This document shows positions 43,301-57,906 of a stretch of 64,000 nucleotides of DNA, piece by piece (the stretch's first letter is position 1; every line of letters starts with the position of its first letter). Source of the DNA: Tubiluchus corallicola. Its lineage: Eukaryota; Animalia; Priapulida. The notes beneath the pieces are model-generated. The model was given only the letters and a program-made list of their open reading frames with translations, was not told the origin of the DNA and searched no databases. The stretch is taken from the NCBI GenBank assembly GCA_030141605.1, contig JAQGDQ010000388.1:62001-126000 (forward strand), in the 5' to 3' direction. Both the position numbers and the translations under genes were made by a program.

Positions 43301-46300
43301 GTAATGGAAAGGCGACGGGTAGTCTATGTATTAAGCAAACGTTACACAGACAAAAATGTACCAAACAGCTAATAGAATTTCCAGTTATAAATGCGAAACT
43401 ACGTCCTACCGTACGTCGTATAGAAATCACAAACAATACAGAACTTAATTACAAGCCTGATAGCTATGAATAATAGTCTTATCAGTAACACACCGTGGTA
43501 TATCACTAACAATGCTATAAATTACCTATTTTAATAAACGTTCAGCAAAAGCGAAATGTAAAACCGGTGGTCGAATTAAGTTTCTGTTCCTGGTGCTATA
43601 ATCGCCTAACATTACGATACTTACCTATTAAACGTGTTATACGAAAACAGCATAGTCAGAAAATGTATGAAATCTAACTCAGCTCCATTTTGATATAGGA
43701 TTAAATAATGATTGCTTTTAAATCTATAAAATTTATCCCCAGAAGAACGAAGTGTGTGTCGCAAAATTTTGATACTTCCACGAAAATGCAATCTGACATA
43801 CGCTAAAAATAAAAAAGGTATAATCCAATAAATCCGGATATCCCGGACTATAATCAGCAGACAATCATTGCCAGACTGGGACAAGTTAGTTTAATCCGTG
43901 TCAGACGTCTTTATAGAAAGACTCGTCCGCTTTTTGACAAGAATTTGACGATTTAATCGCTTCCGAAAGCACAGCGTATTGTAGGTTCATGTAAAATTGC
44001 CTCGAGTTGGCACGGGTAATGACTAAATTGGTTTGCTATAGATAGAAAGTTTTGTACGGACCGCCTCTTCGTGTAGATTTCGCGTGACTGAGCTCTTACA
44101 CTGAAAATCCCTTTATCTAGTGTGTTCAGTAGTAACGTATCTTTATTTATCTTACTGCACATTACAAAATAGAGAATGGCGTTAGAAGAAATGAGAAATT
44201 CCTTTTTAACAGATTTGAATGTGTTACTTAGAATTAATGAGCTACGCGTTGGAATAACGCGCATGCATAAGACACGCCTAGCAATGTCCTTAGATTGTAA
44301 AATATTCTATTTCGTATTTGTCCTAAATTAATATAAAATACGCCTAACTCTCTCTACATCAGGATTTTAGGTTATACAATATATCCATATAAAAGCTCAA
44401 AGTTAAATTACAGCAACTGTTAGTTTTTAATAATCTTAAAGAAAAACAATCATGAAACCATGAAATAAATTAATAATAGTTAATAAACCACACAGATATC
44501 TCGTGTGTGTTTTTGTAAGGTAATCAAGACACACGCAGACAAATGACAACTAAACTATGCCACCTTGAATCAAAAATCGATAAACGAGCATGCGGTTTGA
44601 TAACAAGCTACAGTGGCTTAGTGAAGTGAACTTATTTTTGAGCCATGCGGTAAAAATTATTGCACCGACACATTTGGTGGTTGCTGGCTAAACCGTATTA
44701 CAATACATGTATCACGTGATCTAACAACTTTCTACTTTCAATTCAAACTGCATAATTTTGTGTTCATAAAGTTATTATCTCTTTTATTGCCCTTATCATC
44801 AATAAACAAGTTTAATGTACCGATCGCAGAGCGCTAACATCTTGTATGACAATAAAACTCAACAGTAAAGCTCTTCCTAGAACAGGTTTCGAAACACGTT
44901 TACAACTCTAGAAAAGTTAAATTTGGATTCCACGTGGCACAAGAGTTTTGCTCAATTTTACCTTGTAAAATGATCATTTTCGTGTCTGCCCGCGAGGCGA
45001 GTTAACACCAGAAAGAAAATGTTAAAAACTTATATTTCACAAAGCAAAATTGCAAGTAAAATAATATACTACACTGTGCTCAATTCAGAAATCGCATTTT
45101 TATAACAAGCGCTAGCCTACAATTTTCGCTAGATTTTTTACCAAGAGATGGCAGTCATGGCACTACATTTGCTGCTTACAGAAAAGTGTACACATCGCCA
45201 CTGTTATATAAGAATATTAGCATAGAATACAATATACACCATCTGTACTTTTCAGCAAATTTATGAAACCGAAGCATGTTAATTTATGAATTAATAAATA
45301 AATAAAGTATATTCAGTGAACTGAATATCTATGATGTCAATCTGTCTGTCTCTTTTTCTGATGACTTGGTGCCGTATGGCTAACTCTGTTTCAAGTTTCC
45401 CAAGTTTGCATTCATTCACAATTGTTTCTGGTCCTGATAATAGTGTGACTCTGAAAGTGTTGGCCTACTGATGCACTGCCCTCAGAAGACGACGAATCAA
45501 CAGAACAAGTCCTTTCGTTACTTTAAAATCAGCAGGTGGGACAGTTACATCTTATAATCGTAACATATACGTGCAAAATTGTGTAAAACAAAGCGGGTGA
45601 GCATAAAACGATCGCAGCGGCACCCGCGGGCAAATTGGACATGTACAGGCTGCACGAATTTGTGACACTGGTTATATTTGATGACGAGAAATAAAATTGT
45701 ACCGGTAATAATAAAATGATTATTAGGCCTCCTACTGCCAGCATACCTCGCACAGTGTAAGCTAATATTTGGCTGGGTTAACCGAACCACAAATTTGAAA
45801 ATGTATCGGACATTTAAAATTTTGAAACACACGGCTTCATTGCATAACTGGATAGATGACCGTGCAAAACATGCAATTGAAAGACTTTGCACCTAGTTGT
45901 TTGAAGAGCGAGAGCTTTTTAAAAAGCAGATTCAACCCGGTTACACACTCCTAGAATGTTTGCTTTCACAGCTAATACGCGGCGACACATTCTATTATAC
46001 TCATAAATTTAAGCTACTTTAAATAGATCTATGTCTTCCCGCGATTTTTAATTAGGAAGTATTCCATTAAATATACGGTGCTCATGCAATATTCCTTATT
46101 TTTTTGCCCTTTTCTTTTTAGTTCAGCTAATAATCACTGTCTTAAACCACTGTAATTTTGTATAAACATGTACTAGCCCTGTCCATAACCACAAAAAGGC
46201 AGCATTTTCATAATTGTTATCATTTTTCACAAAAAGAAAACAAAAATTTAACCAGCTTTAAAAGTGTTGGCTTTCCAGCTTTTTGAGCTGTATATAGAGT

Positions 46301-48813
46301 AAGTTTGCAAAATCTTCTTATTCACATGTATTTCCACAGACCAACCCCAACAACCACAAGACAACGTTCTATCCTGTACAATTTAATAAAACGGCCATAC
46401 TTATACATGTAGCTCAAAATAATCTCTTTGAAAGGAAGGTTCGACACTACCAACTGCAACACTATAAACTAAAAAAACAGCACACATAATGTAATCTACA
46501 GCTATGTTTCATGGTCCAAATCAAAAACGCTTTATGGCCAATATAATTCAGTAACATCCCAGTTTTTGCTGATAAACAAACAGGTGCTACGTAATGATAG
46601 CTGATCGGTCATCTACCCTTCCCCTCTCCATGACCTCCCCTTTTCACTTTCCCGCTTATAACTTGACTCGGTTTTAAATTTCCATTTTTATTCTTTTTAT
46701 ACAAGTAAATAAGCAAGTAATCTATTGGGCAACAACTAATATTACACTTATCGGGGAAGATGTACGGAATAATATTTATTTATACTTTGACGATCGTAAC
46801 AATGTTGAAATGGCATTAAAGTACAAGAAAACCCTTCATCAATATAAAGTTTAAAAAATTCGTCTCGAAATTTTATACCACTTACGTACTACATTTTCGT
46901 ATGCATGGCTTGCATCAGCCGTAACGCTGTATAAAACATGTAAATTTAAACTCCCGCGATGACAGTTACGCGCAGCCATTTTAATGGTAGGTCGTTTGAA
47001 ACAAGTTTTGATATCATTAAATAAAGTTTGAAAAAACAATCAGAGCATTCGTAGCATACATGTTGCTAATTAAGTAAAATTTTAAATTACTGTATCTTGT
47101 CAATATGATTAAAAATACGATTTTGGTCAGTGAGTGGCGCACCCTGGCGGGTAAATCAGCGACATTTTACCAATTGGCATAAACATTTTAAACTATTGGT
47201 CTAGTTACATAAGTCTTTCCAGTAGGTACGCGATAAGCCAAGTAATATAGATTTGCACGGAAAGTGTTTTGGGTCATAATTTAACATTTCCTTTTCTTCC
47301 CCTGATTTACGTTTGCGTATATGAGGTCACGTAATGGCGACGTCGGAACAGTATTGCGGGAGATTTAAAATGAAAACAAACAAAAATTCCTTTCAACGCG
47401 AATACGATATACGCATAAAATTGCCGCAAAGTAGTATAATTTTTTAAGGCGATCTTTCTGAAACCACTTCAGGTGCCCCTTTCTTGTCCTTTAAGCAAAG
47501 TATAGCAATATAATTAACATATTCTGCATTATACTATCAGTCCTACCAGCAAGAGTGATTATTGTGTAAAACATTTAAGGAATAAAAGTCAAAGTTAAAC
47601 AGTTAAAGTTAAAGTTAAAAATCCAAAAAAAAATTGAATGCTTTCCTCGAGTTTTCAATATCAAAGCATACGAGTTTTCAATTTTCATGATAACAAAAGG
47701 GCCTACAAATTTTTAATGCAATCAAACAGCAAGTTCTTATTCAAATGAAACGGTAAAAATAAAGTATCTACGTTTACTTTTTAAGTTAGGGGGTCTGCAT
47801 TAAGAACGATAGCAGGGTATTTAATAAAAGGACACGGCTCAGATGAAAATAGCCAACCAGGCCGTAATTATATCTAACCTATATAGCTTTTATGCTAGTT
47901 GGCAACCGAAATTTGTTAAAGGATAGTAATCAACACACCAGATTATGCAGATGAAACCAGATTAAAAATTTTAGTATAAAATGAGGAAAAAACAGAACCA
48001 TTGGCTCACGCAAGATTTCTCAGCCGTGTTTGTATTTTTTTTTTGTTGTAAAGATGCACAACCTTTAATTACTTTAACAGACGTTTTTGTGCACGTGGTG
48101 GACACAGTCGTTGATGGCAAAACTAGTTGCACCATCCAAAGTTTCGGTTAGATGATGCTTAAAAATTGCTTTAAATCAAGTTTAAAAGCTGAACTTCATT
48201 TGCAACGATTTTTGCCATGTATTTAGTAATTTTTCGTGTATATAAGCATACTGTACTTTATTTAATTTTTATAAACTTTAACTTTTAATCCGCTTAGACT
48301 TACAATATATCGCGCGCCCGTCTGTTCTCTGTAAACCTTTAAGGCCCGCTACAATCTTGGTATCGCCATTTCCCGTTTTTTGAAAAGAGCAACTCGAAGA
48401 AGGGGTTAAGCCCCAGCCCTTTGCAAAATTTCCAAACTCACAATGACACGCAAAACGGCTTAACTGGTGGGCAAATACTCAATGAAAGGAGTGAAAATGT
48501 TAAGGAGCTACCGACTAGAGCAGATTTCTAAAGTCAAAATTTGAACTCGTGTGTCCATAGAGTGAATTCTTCGGTAATAATAAACTAAAATACATATGGG
48601 TAATCAAATTAATTTAACGCTTGCCTTATTTTAAATTTATGCTTTTTTATTTAAATTTATTGACAATTATTAAAATTACAACATGAAATCATAAAAAATC
48701 GAAAAATGCGGATGACTGTGTCAACGCATGGATAACGTAGAATAATTGTCTACAGCTCACATAAACAAATATATGAAAAGCGAACCCAGTCTCCTCTCTT
48801 TTTCTTTCTCCCT

Positions 48814-48898
<85 letters not shown>

Positions 48899-51800
48899 TC
48901 TCTATCACTCTATCACTCACTCACTCCCCCTATATTTAATCAATAAAGTAGGATTATTACTCATAAATGTAAACAAATAAATAGTGTAATACCAGCATCA
49001 CTAGGCTAACCGTAAATATGTTGCATAGTCATAAACTTAAATTCCGTCTTTTTCTGGGACCCTTATCAAGTATAGCACTATGACCATTAGAATTTCACAA
49101 ATTTTTATATGAAACTAGAGATTAGAGATTATATAGGCCTGATAGGTTAATGCGCTTTTTGCCATACAAATGGTTCAACATGACACTGAAAATAAATGCA
49201 ACTGCAGGGCCAGTCATGTAGGTGCTTTTGTCCTCTAGACGAGTGGCCATATTGTTCTAGGACTACAGGGTTCAGGTCCTGTGGTCTTTATATAGGCGCT
49301 TTTCGACTTCTGGCATTTTGTTTCACGCCTGATATTACAGGCCTTCAGTTTGTCCTTTGATGCTGTAAACATTTAGTATAGTGCCACACTAGTAACACAA
49401 AACCTGCGTCAAGTTCGCACGTGTATTTGCTCTCTGTAAGTTCTAGCATTGTCATCCCAACAAAAAAGAGCTGGGTCTACAAATAAGGGAGAACGGCACT
49501 TCTTTGCATGCAGAATTTTTGCAAAACAGTAGCAGCTGTCTTACTAAGAAGGCTCTTTATAGTTTACGTGGTAGGCATAGGAAAACTAAAAAGTAATGCC
49601 AAGAAAATAATTATACTTCTATATTCTAATTAGAAAAATATGAATCCACCACTTCGAGACAATTATAGGCCCACCTAAAGAATCAATTATTAAAAACTTG
49701 TGGCGGAAGTGGAGATGATATAATTACTGCAACAGAAATCTCTCAAGTTTCTCAAGCTTTTTAAGCAACGTATTATTAATACGGTAACAATTAATTCTGA
49801 GCTTCTCGAGTTTACGCTGTATTACTGATCTTATAATATGAAATACGAGAATTTCGTCACTCCGTGCAGGATTTCGCTTGGGACCAGAATATCAAATGGA
49901 AGCCCTAACCTGAATGATTTTTGCAAAGGAGGTCAAGTCATTTTTACACGAAAATTCTTCTAATACATCACCCGTGAATTTTATGTTGTTTTGTAATATG
50001 ATTTCTGATTTAAACAGAGTTTACAATGTCTTGACAATAATGACTTTACTAGTTGTAAACTGGCAATGTAAATTTCATTAAACTCGAACACATACAGACT
50101 TTTTGTTCAATAAGAATAATAGGAAAAGAAGGGACACACAGTTCGAACTGCCATAATTCTACGTCTTCAACGTCTGTTTCTGTTGTGTTAAACTGCGTGA
50201 ACGGCATTGATTTTATAATTATACTTATGTAGTAATTCCTTGTGATTTCTCTCTCTCTCGTCCGCCTTAAAAACAACTGCAGTGGTAGTTCAAAACATTG
50301 TGACCTTTCTTTCTTTTTATTTGTATTTTTTATGTTTGGGATTTTTTGAGAGATTGAGAATTAATCTGTGCTATCAGACTTTTTGCTGTTTTCTTTTTAA
50401 ATTTTACTTGCTCTGTGTTATTGCTTCAACATTAACTTTATAAGTCTTTTCTACGCATTTTGTATTTAATGCTGTTTTAAAATGGGTTACAGAATAACAG
50501 ATTATATATAGGATAACAATTTTGCAATAATTTTAAAGACCTAAAGAAATGTTTGTGTAATCAGTCAGCAAATTATTTAATTTGTTCTCCGTTTACTTCA
50601 ACTGCTCACTACAGAAAGCTGAGGCGAGTAAATTCCCTGTGACTCGCCTCGTTTCCCACAAAAATGGCGCCCATTATGCTATCCCTGGATGCCCCAGCTG
50701 CGGGGAATCTTTGTGGAAAATACGCAAGATTTGTACAGCTTTCACGCAAACCAGTATTATGCTAATGCGAACCATCGGGTATGCGTCACTTTTTGAAGAG
50801 AGGGTGGAGTGGGTCGGTGTGCACTCCAAAACGACGTTAACTTGTCGTCACCTATCGGGAAAAAACGAAATCTCAACACATTAACAATGTTTTAGGTCAG
50901 ACAAAAAACAAAAGGCTTGTAAATCGTGAAATTTGAACTAAGGTACGAGGAGGAAAGAGTGGTGTTTTTATCAGTGTAATCCTTGCTCTCCTACAGCTTG
51001 CGCAGTTTCTGGAGTCGACCATTTGTTGAGTACTCGCGCGTATGTCGTCCTATTTTTTCACGTTTTTCTGTGTTTTTCAGACCCATATTATTGTCCCCAT
51101 GTGGCGTTTAATTAAAAAAACCAAGCGTTACGGCCGCCATATCGGTTACAAAGAAAAATTTGTCGAATTTTTACTACTATATAGAAAAGAGGGAGGTTTT
51201 GCTGTGAGCCCGTGACCAAGGTTTAACCCTGCATGAGAAACACTGGCTTACTGGCTATGCTTTGTCAACTTACATTATGCATGCAACCAATAAAATGATT
51301 TTGCAGACCTGTTATTAATGACTGTGTAGCCAAAAACTTGTAGTTGGTGAAGGCGTATCTACTAAAACTACATATCTTACACATAAATTGCACGACAGTA
51401 TTTTAAAACCGAAAGCATGCAAATTTTAATCTCAGGTTTGAATTTAAAACTCTTCATTGGCTTTAAGAGAGAGCATACAGTTTCTTTTGTTTGTGGTTTC
51501 TTGTATGTCTCCAGCATTTTACAAAGTTCATTTTATAATTTTTTAACCTGTTAATGAAATTCCAGTGAGTAATATAGTGCAGCATGTATTGTCAGTCACC
51601 TTTGTTGAGCAATTGCTTTCATACTAGGCAAAAATGATCTAAAACATAAGTAATGAGTATATTTATTAAGTTAATTTGTTAAATTTTTAACAGTTTTGTG
51701 GCATAGGGATTTTATTTGGCAAACATACCATTCTATTATAATAGGTCTATGTCAGGCTAGCAGCGGATGAACAATAAACTTAATTAAACTAAACAAAACC

Positions 51801-54800
51801 TATCAGGAACACGCCTGTATTAAACCTAATATTAAAATATTCATTTTTCTTGATTAGTACATTTGTCGTAACGATATAACATTATAAGCTAATAATATGA
51901 TTTAAAAGGACAAAAATACATTTCCCTTCAGTTTTCACAATACCCATGCAAACATCCTGATGATAAATGCTTAATTTATTTGATAACACAGTCTATATCA
52001 AACAAAGATAAAAAAACACAAAACACCTGAAATTTTACCTGAAATCAAAATGCAGAACATTACATCTCATCATAGTGTCAGGTCTGCGGTCTAAAAAACT
52101 GCTTTTCAGAAGAAATATAAAAAAACTGCCTCAAGAATTATTAAACATAAATTTGCACTTTATAGTATATTATTTAATAATAGATATTATTCAGTTATTA
52201 ATTGATAGACCTACTCGGGGCCTATTTGTAAGCAAAGTTTTTTCCTGTGCTCTACAGACCCAGTTTACTGGTAATTCCTTCTTTTCAAGCTACTATACTA
52301 GTATACTACATCTGAGATAGCATCTTTAAAAACGAGGTGGTCTTGTCAGAAATAAGCTAAGCTGGGGTGCATGCCTTTTTATGGTAAAAAAACTCGAGGT
52401 CACTGACTGGTAGAGCGCTTTAAAATGAGAACCCAAACTGCTAGTTCAGAAAGGGCTAGTTTTACTATGCTGATCTATCAATAATTGTTATAGATTGGCA
52501 GGTCTGTGCTTCTATAACGCTAAAATAATTTCACACAGCTGAAACGTCCGTAACTGTAACATTTTATAACATTTTTAAACTTTAGAGAAATTTAAAAATT
52601 TCCTGTATGTAACTATATGTATTGAAATTGTTCAACTTTTTCAAACAAAATTGATAACTGCAAATACCTTGAACAGGAAACATAATATACATTTTAGATT
52701 TTCTGTAGTTATTTATTGTGAATCGTTTGCCACAGCATAACAGGAGATTAAAAATGTGGTTTAATTACTAAATGTGCTGCATGTGCAGCATTTTACAAGT
52801 GTGTGGCCTTGCCAACTTTATAATGCTATACCACGCATTTTTGTTGATGGGTTTTTTTAAAAAGGACTGCACATATTATTTGGATACCAGGCCTAAGAAC
52901 ATACATAGAGCTTTCAGAGAGATGTCCCTTACAATATAACTTGTTAAATTAACGCGGATAGTTTTTGACTTGAGTTGAATGCATGCTAAAAGTTCTTAAA
53001 AGCTTTGATTTTTGGGTCGTTGGAGTATACGTTTTTATTGCCATGTTTTACTGTTATAGTCCGTCATTTATTACAAAAAATTTTGTTTTTAATTACCATA
53101 AATATTAATGCATACTTAATTTAACTTGAAAGAACAAATTCCTTTTTTATTTTACAAACATTAATACTTTGCACAAACGTATGACAACACGAAACGTACC
53201 CCTAGTATCAGAGTTTTCGATAAACAAGAGAAAATGACAAACATTGCGAATATGGTGTCTTAAGGCCAAGCGTTTACAGTCGCCAAATGATTGCACCACT
53301 ACTACTAAGTGTGTAATAAAATAAAATAAGATCGTTGTACAGAGACTACAGGCCCCTAAGAATCTGAGAAAAGAAATCCTGAAAATCAGAAAAGAGCGCG
53401 TCTGCACGAAACCATAAACAGGACCTGTACGGCATAATATAATATAGATATACACCAGGTGTTCGATATATGCATATAATGTATACAAATAATCAAAAAT
53501 TCAAGAGCGCTTTTTAATAAATTGCGAAAAACTGCATTTTTATACGGCAGGTGTGGCAGAGTTAATTGGGGAGAAGAACTGCCAGTCTGGGAGACGAATT
53601 TCTGTTAAAAGGTGGGAGTTTTCTGGCGAAAATAGGGGAAAATCGCCTTTGCGTGTGCAAAAGCAGCAGAATCGTGCTAAATTGAACAAACATCTATGCA
53701 AATTGAGAGCATTTGTGCGATCCATAGCGTTTATTGCCACTAGCTAGTGACACTTACGAAATATTATCAACCGCACCACAGAACTCAGTGATCGGCTGCT
53801 TTAGGACCCGCCTATAAGAAGGCCGCTTTCTCTGAATTAAGTAAAATACGTGTAAAATATTTAACCTAGTCCGTAATTAGGCCTCTACATCATTGTAACT
53901 GTAATATGCCGACGACATGAGATTCATTGCGAAGATGATTGCATAGGCGGCGCCACGTTAGCTCTGGTGCAAAGTGCCTTGATCGAAAGTGACAAGTGTA
54001 TCGCCGTTTGAGTGACAGATTATGTTGATTTGACAAGATGCAGTAACCCTTTCTTATAATTAGAAGCTTATTCTGAGTTTATTTATAACGAAAAGTCGCT
54101 CATCCTTGCTCCTAAAAGTTCAAACTTAGGATCCTTTTGATCTTTCATAGTCTACATCCTAAAATTGTAAAACCCAACAGACTTATGGTAAGAACGAAGG
54201 CGATGGCAATTGTGAATTGTGTAAATAAAGTCGACTTTTCAACCAACGTGGCTCAAAACTTTTCTCCGCATCCTGTTCAACCTTCCTTTAAGAAAAAATT
54301 ATTAGCAGTAAAGTCCATTAATTTCAAATTCTTATACTTGCCACGCGTTTTTCAATTATTAGTAGTCTTGATTCATCTAGCTTTGTTCTTTTATGAACAC
54401 ATTTATAACAGTATACATTAGTTAGATCGTTACATTAAGAAATACATCAGGAAACATGTTTTTTATTTTTTAATTTGTTGTACATTGCATTGGGATTTTC
54501 CAGAACAAAATACAATTAGCCCTATAAAGAATTTTGCATTCGTTGTACCTTGACATTGTATAATTTCATAATATTGTGTGATATTCATAGTATCATTTCT
54601 CCGTATATCGTAGTACACCATAGTATCATAGTGTGAGAAGTCCTGTTTTTTCTTGCTCCAGTAGAGTCAAATTTCATTTCAGGTCAAAACTTATTTCAGC
54701 AGATGAGGCCTAACTAAATTTAAAGAATTACATTTACTAATAACGCGGCACATTAAAAAACCTAATCCAACATTTTGACAAAGGCTCAAAATTTCACGTG

Positions 54801-55640
54801 AAACCCCAAGTCGAAGGGTTAATTTTACTTCAAAAGCCTACCGTGGCGCCATTTTGCTCAGCACTGCACACTTTCGAAAATTTAGGCACGCAAATTCAAT
54901 GCTGGGTAAAGAGTTAATCCCTCAGAACGCGTGCTAACACCCCATTCATCGCTGCCTCCCACCCGAATAACGATTTTTGCGCGGAAAGTCGAAAATCACA
55001 AAAGGCCCGGGGTAATGTAATATCATGCGAAAACGCCAGTTTTATCGAAAACCGCATCCCCAGCCATCTGTTCACAGCTTATTTACGATTTTTTTCTGTA
55101 AAATTTGCCGTTTTTGTTAAAAGTGGCCGATTTCACGTATAAGACATTGTGGAAAGAAGTTGGCGGCCATCTGCAAAGACATAAATCACGGCAGGGGGCA
55201 GCACAGGTAACGATTTAATCTTGGTAGAAAGTGCAAATTTTTTTGCATGAGTGATTTAATTTTTCAAAATTGCAGGGTTTTGTCTGTGCCACAATGCTAA
55301 TGGTTTTGCGCAAACTCGTAAAACGCGCACGAAAAGATGGAGTTGTCGTAAAAAAATGAACAGAGTTTTTTGTGAGGAATTCACAGTTTCGCGTGTTTTT
55401 ATAATGAGCTAAATTTTTGGCGGGAATTCTCACGATTTCACGCAAAAATGCGCCTATAAAATTTTTCTTGGTAGCCACTTGTTAAACCGTAGAACTTCTT
55501 TATGTTATGTCTGCACGTAAAAACAAATTATTTTCCGTATAAAGCTTATATTTTTACATGTATGAAAGGACATTTAAAAACTGAATTCATTCAAAACGGG
55601 AGATCCAGTTAGTACGGAATTTGTAATCAAACATATATAA

Positions 55641-55720
<80 letters not shown>

Positions 55721-57906
55721 AACTTACACCCTATGAGACATTTTATCAAATTCATAATGCAGTAGATCGCTTTCATAAACTTCAATAAACTTGAACGCTA
55801 TGAAGCAACTTAGACAAGTTTGGCATCAAAAATTATTCTGTCGCGCGCATGTTACGAATCTCGAGAAACGTACAAACATTTTCGATGTTTTTTCAATGCT
55901 GGTAACGACGCAAGCTTCCTACTTCAAATACATCAAGGTTTGCATCTTTTACATTATTACGCTCCCCCAATATTTTAATTTTATCAGTTCTAAGTTTGCA
56001 CATTAAGAGCTGATGACTCGCTGCAAACCGCACAGGACTGAGTTACATACGCTAAGCAATCGTATAACAACTTAACAGACTGCAATTCTAGCCCAGTAAA
56101 AATTCATAATCGGAACTACATAAAATAAAACAAAACATCAAAAATGGGCCCAAATATCCCACGCACCTGCGATCAACACTTGACGCATTAGCCGTCGACA
56201 GACCCCACCCACTTTCGTCCGCTGCCATAGTTACCGGGCCAAAATTCACAAAAAACGTTACTAGAAATCACCATTTAGGAGTATCGAATTGTGCTTAATG
56301 GAAGTTTTTGTTTGTCTGCCTCTCATAACAATAAGGAGGTGGCCCGAAGGAGGGAGATGGTATAGGTGAAGATAGGGTTCTTAAAAAAGCTCCTGTGAGA
56401 CATACAGAGCAGACGACTGAGCGGTTATCACGAATTTTTAATTTTCAACACCCAGAGGAGAATTTGGAATGCCGTCTTTTCTGGAAATGCCCACTTTAGG
56501 ATGTCGCCCACGATATCCATGTCATGGAGCCGCCCTGGGAAGTCATGCTCAGCAAGGGTTCCCATGCAATAAGATTATGAAAGCATTTATAAAAAATTCT
56601 CATAATGCACCAACACTTTTCCATAACGCCCCTTTGTGTGAATTTTCGCACAAACAGCTAGAAATCGACCCATAACGCACTCAGGTGAACTACTGGCCCT
56701 GGCCGGCTTTGTCCCGGGCGAAAATAGCGCGTATACGAACAGTTTTGCTTCCAGCAAAATTTCTCGCAAAAATATTCTTTTCACGGGCAAACTCGAATTC
56801 ATTAGGAAAACAGTCTGTCACCTGCTCCTGGTCTGAGTCAGTGTCGCAGAAGTATTCAAATGAGAGCAGAAGTATTTTTTCAGAACGGCCTAGACCAAAA
56901 CATCGAACTTTTTTTTGAAGGCCTGTCCTGTCAGCTAGGTAGTGGACTTATTATAATGTAGGAATATCTCTATAGCAGATATGTAAAGCAGTGACTGACT
57001 TAATGGAGGCGTACACGTCTACAACAGCAATTATTGTCCATTCTCTTCAGATACACTAATATATCTGCCCAGCTTAATCAAGGAGTTGAGTTTATTATTG
57101 TTGAAAAAGGCTTATGGCAGTCATTAAGCTTAATATCAACACAATGAGCAATATTCCGCTACTTATGCAAGTTGCTTGAAAATTGAAAGCGTCAAGAAAA
57201 GATAAGAGGTATAGAAATTTCAAAACAACAGAAGTGGCATGTAAAGCTGGTTGACAAAATTTAAATTGCCTCGTTTTCATACAAATAACGTGCAAATTTC
57301 ATACACGCAACGTACATTTGTGAAGATATTAGTTGCATAAAGCTTGACCAAATGAAATAAAAGGCTTAAGTTAGTTTGACAAAATAAAAAAGGAAAAGAA
57401 TGCAAATTTCCATGATTAAGTCTACTCGGTGGTACACAGTAGGCATTGTCCAACGAAAAGGATGACACTTGTGTGGCATTTTGCTGCTATTAAATATTTT
57501 TTCACCGTCATCACGAAAGTTATTATCACCACACAATCATCACTGATCATCGACGTTTTCACCCTCTTCATCGATGTCATCAATGTCCTCCTCGTTGTCT
57601 TCATCATAGTCTTCGAACAATACAATCAATCCATCTAATGCCTCTAGTTCAATGTCATACCAAATATTGCAAATGGTGGACAAGTAATTATAAAAGTTAA
57701 ACAGTCTATCTTCAAGACAAGTAAGCACAGCGGATGGTCTAGCAGCTATATATATGCCTGATACTATTACGCCAGAAGATGTCAAAATAAAACTAGGCAC
57801 AGAAGTGATCTCCGTGGAATTGGACGAATACCCAAAATGATACACAACTTACCCATTTTCGAGGTCGTCCTCGCGGTCGCTTTGGCCCACCTGTTGATGC
57901 TGTTTT
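40397..57906 (-). CDS. HMGA: High-mobility-group AT-hook protein HMGA, 3' part: last AT-hook exon plus likely terminal exon; earlier exons not identified in the window
   Basis: Exon 57906-57853 (ttccag|...|gtaag) encodes [18 protein letters not shown], matching HMGA2 exon 3 ([17 protein letters not shown]) including the intron position after W. Phase-0 terminal exon 40507-40397 encodes [36 protein letters not shown]. Joining the two exons is inferred. Confidence 0.8.
40738..40912 (-). mobile_element. 5S rRNA-derived SINE-like copy 2
   Basis: Minus strand GCTGAGCCTAGTCAGCAATTGGATGGTTGACCGCTTGGAA resembles the 5S intermediate element/box C; followed by TATAT..CTCTGC.AGTT..TAG.GTTAT shared with copy 1. 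Confidence 0.6.
42119..42196. repeat. Dispersed ~80-bp repeat, copy A (inverted relative to copy B)
   Basis: TTTCAAACGACTTACCATCAAAATGGCTGCGC matches the reverse complement of ~46969-47001 at 30/32, with weaker similarity extending on both sides. Confidence 0.75.
46930..47013. repeat. Dispersed ~80-bp repeat, copy B
   Basis: GCGCAGCCATTTTAATGGTAGGTCGTTTGAAA; inverted homologue of 42119-42196. Confidence 0.75.
48817..48894. repeat. (TC)n microsatellite
   Basis: Perfect TC run. Confidence 0.98.
55645..55718. repeat. (AT)n microsatellite
   Basis: Perfect AT run. Confidence 0.98.
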
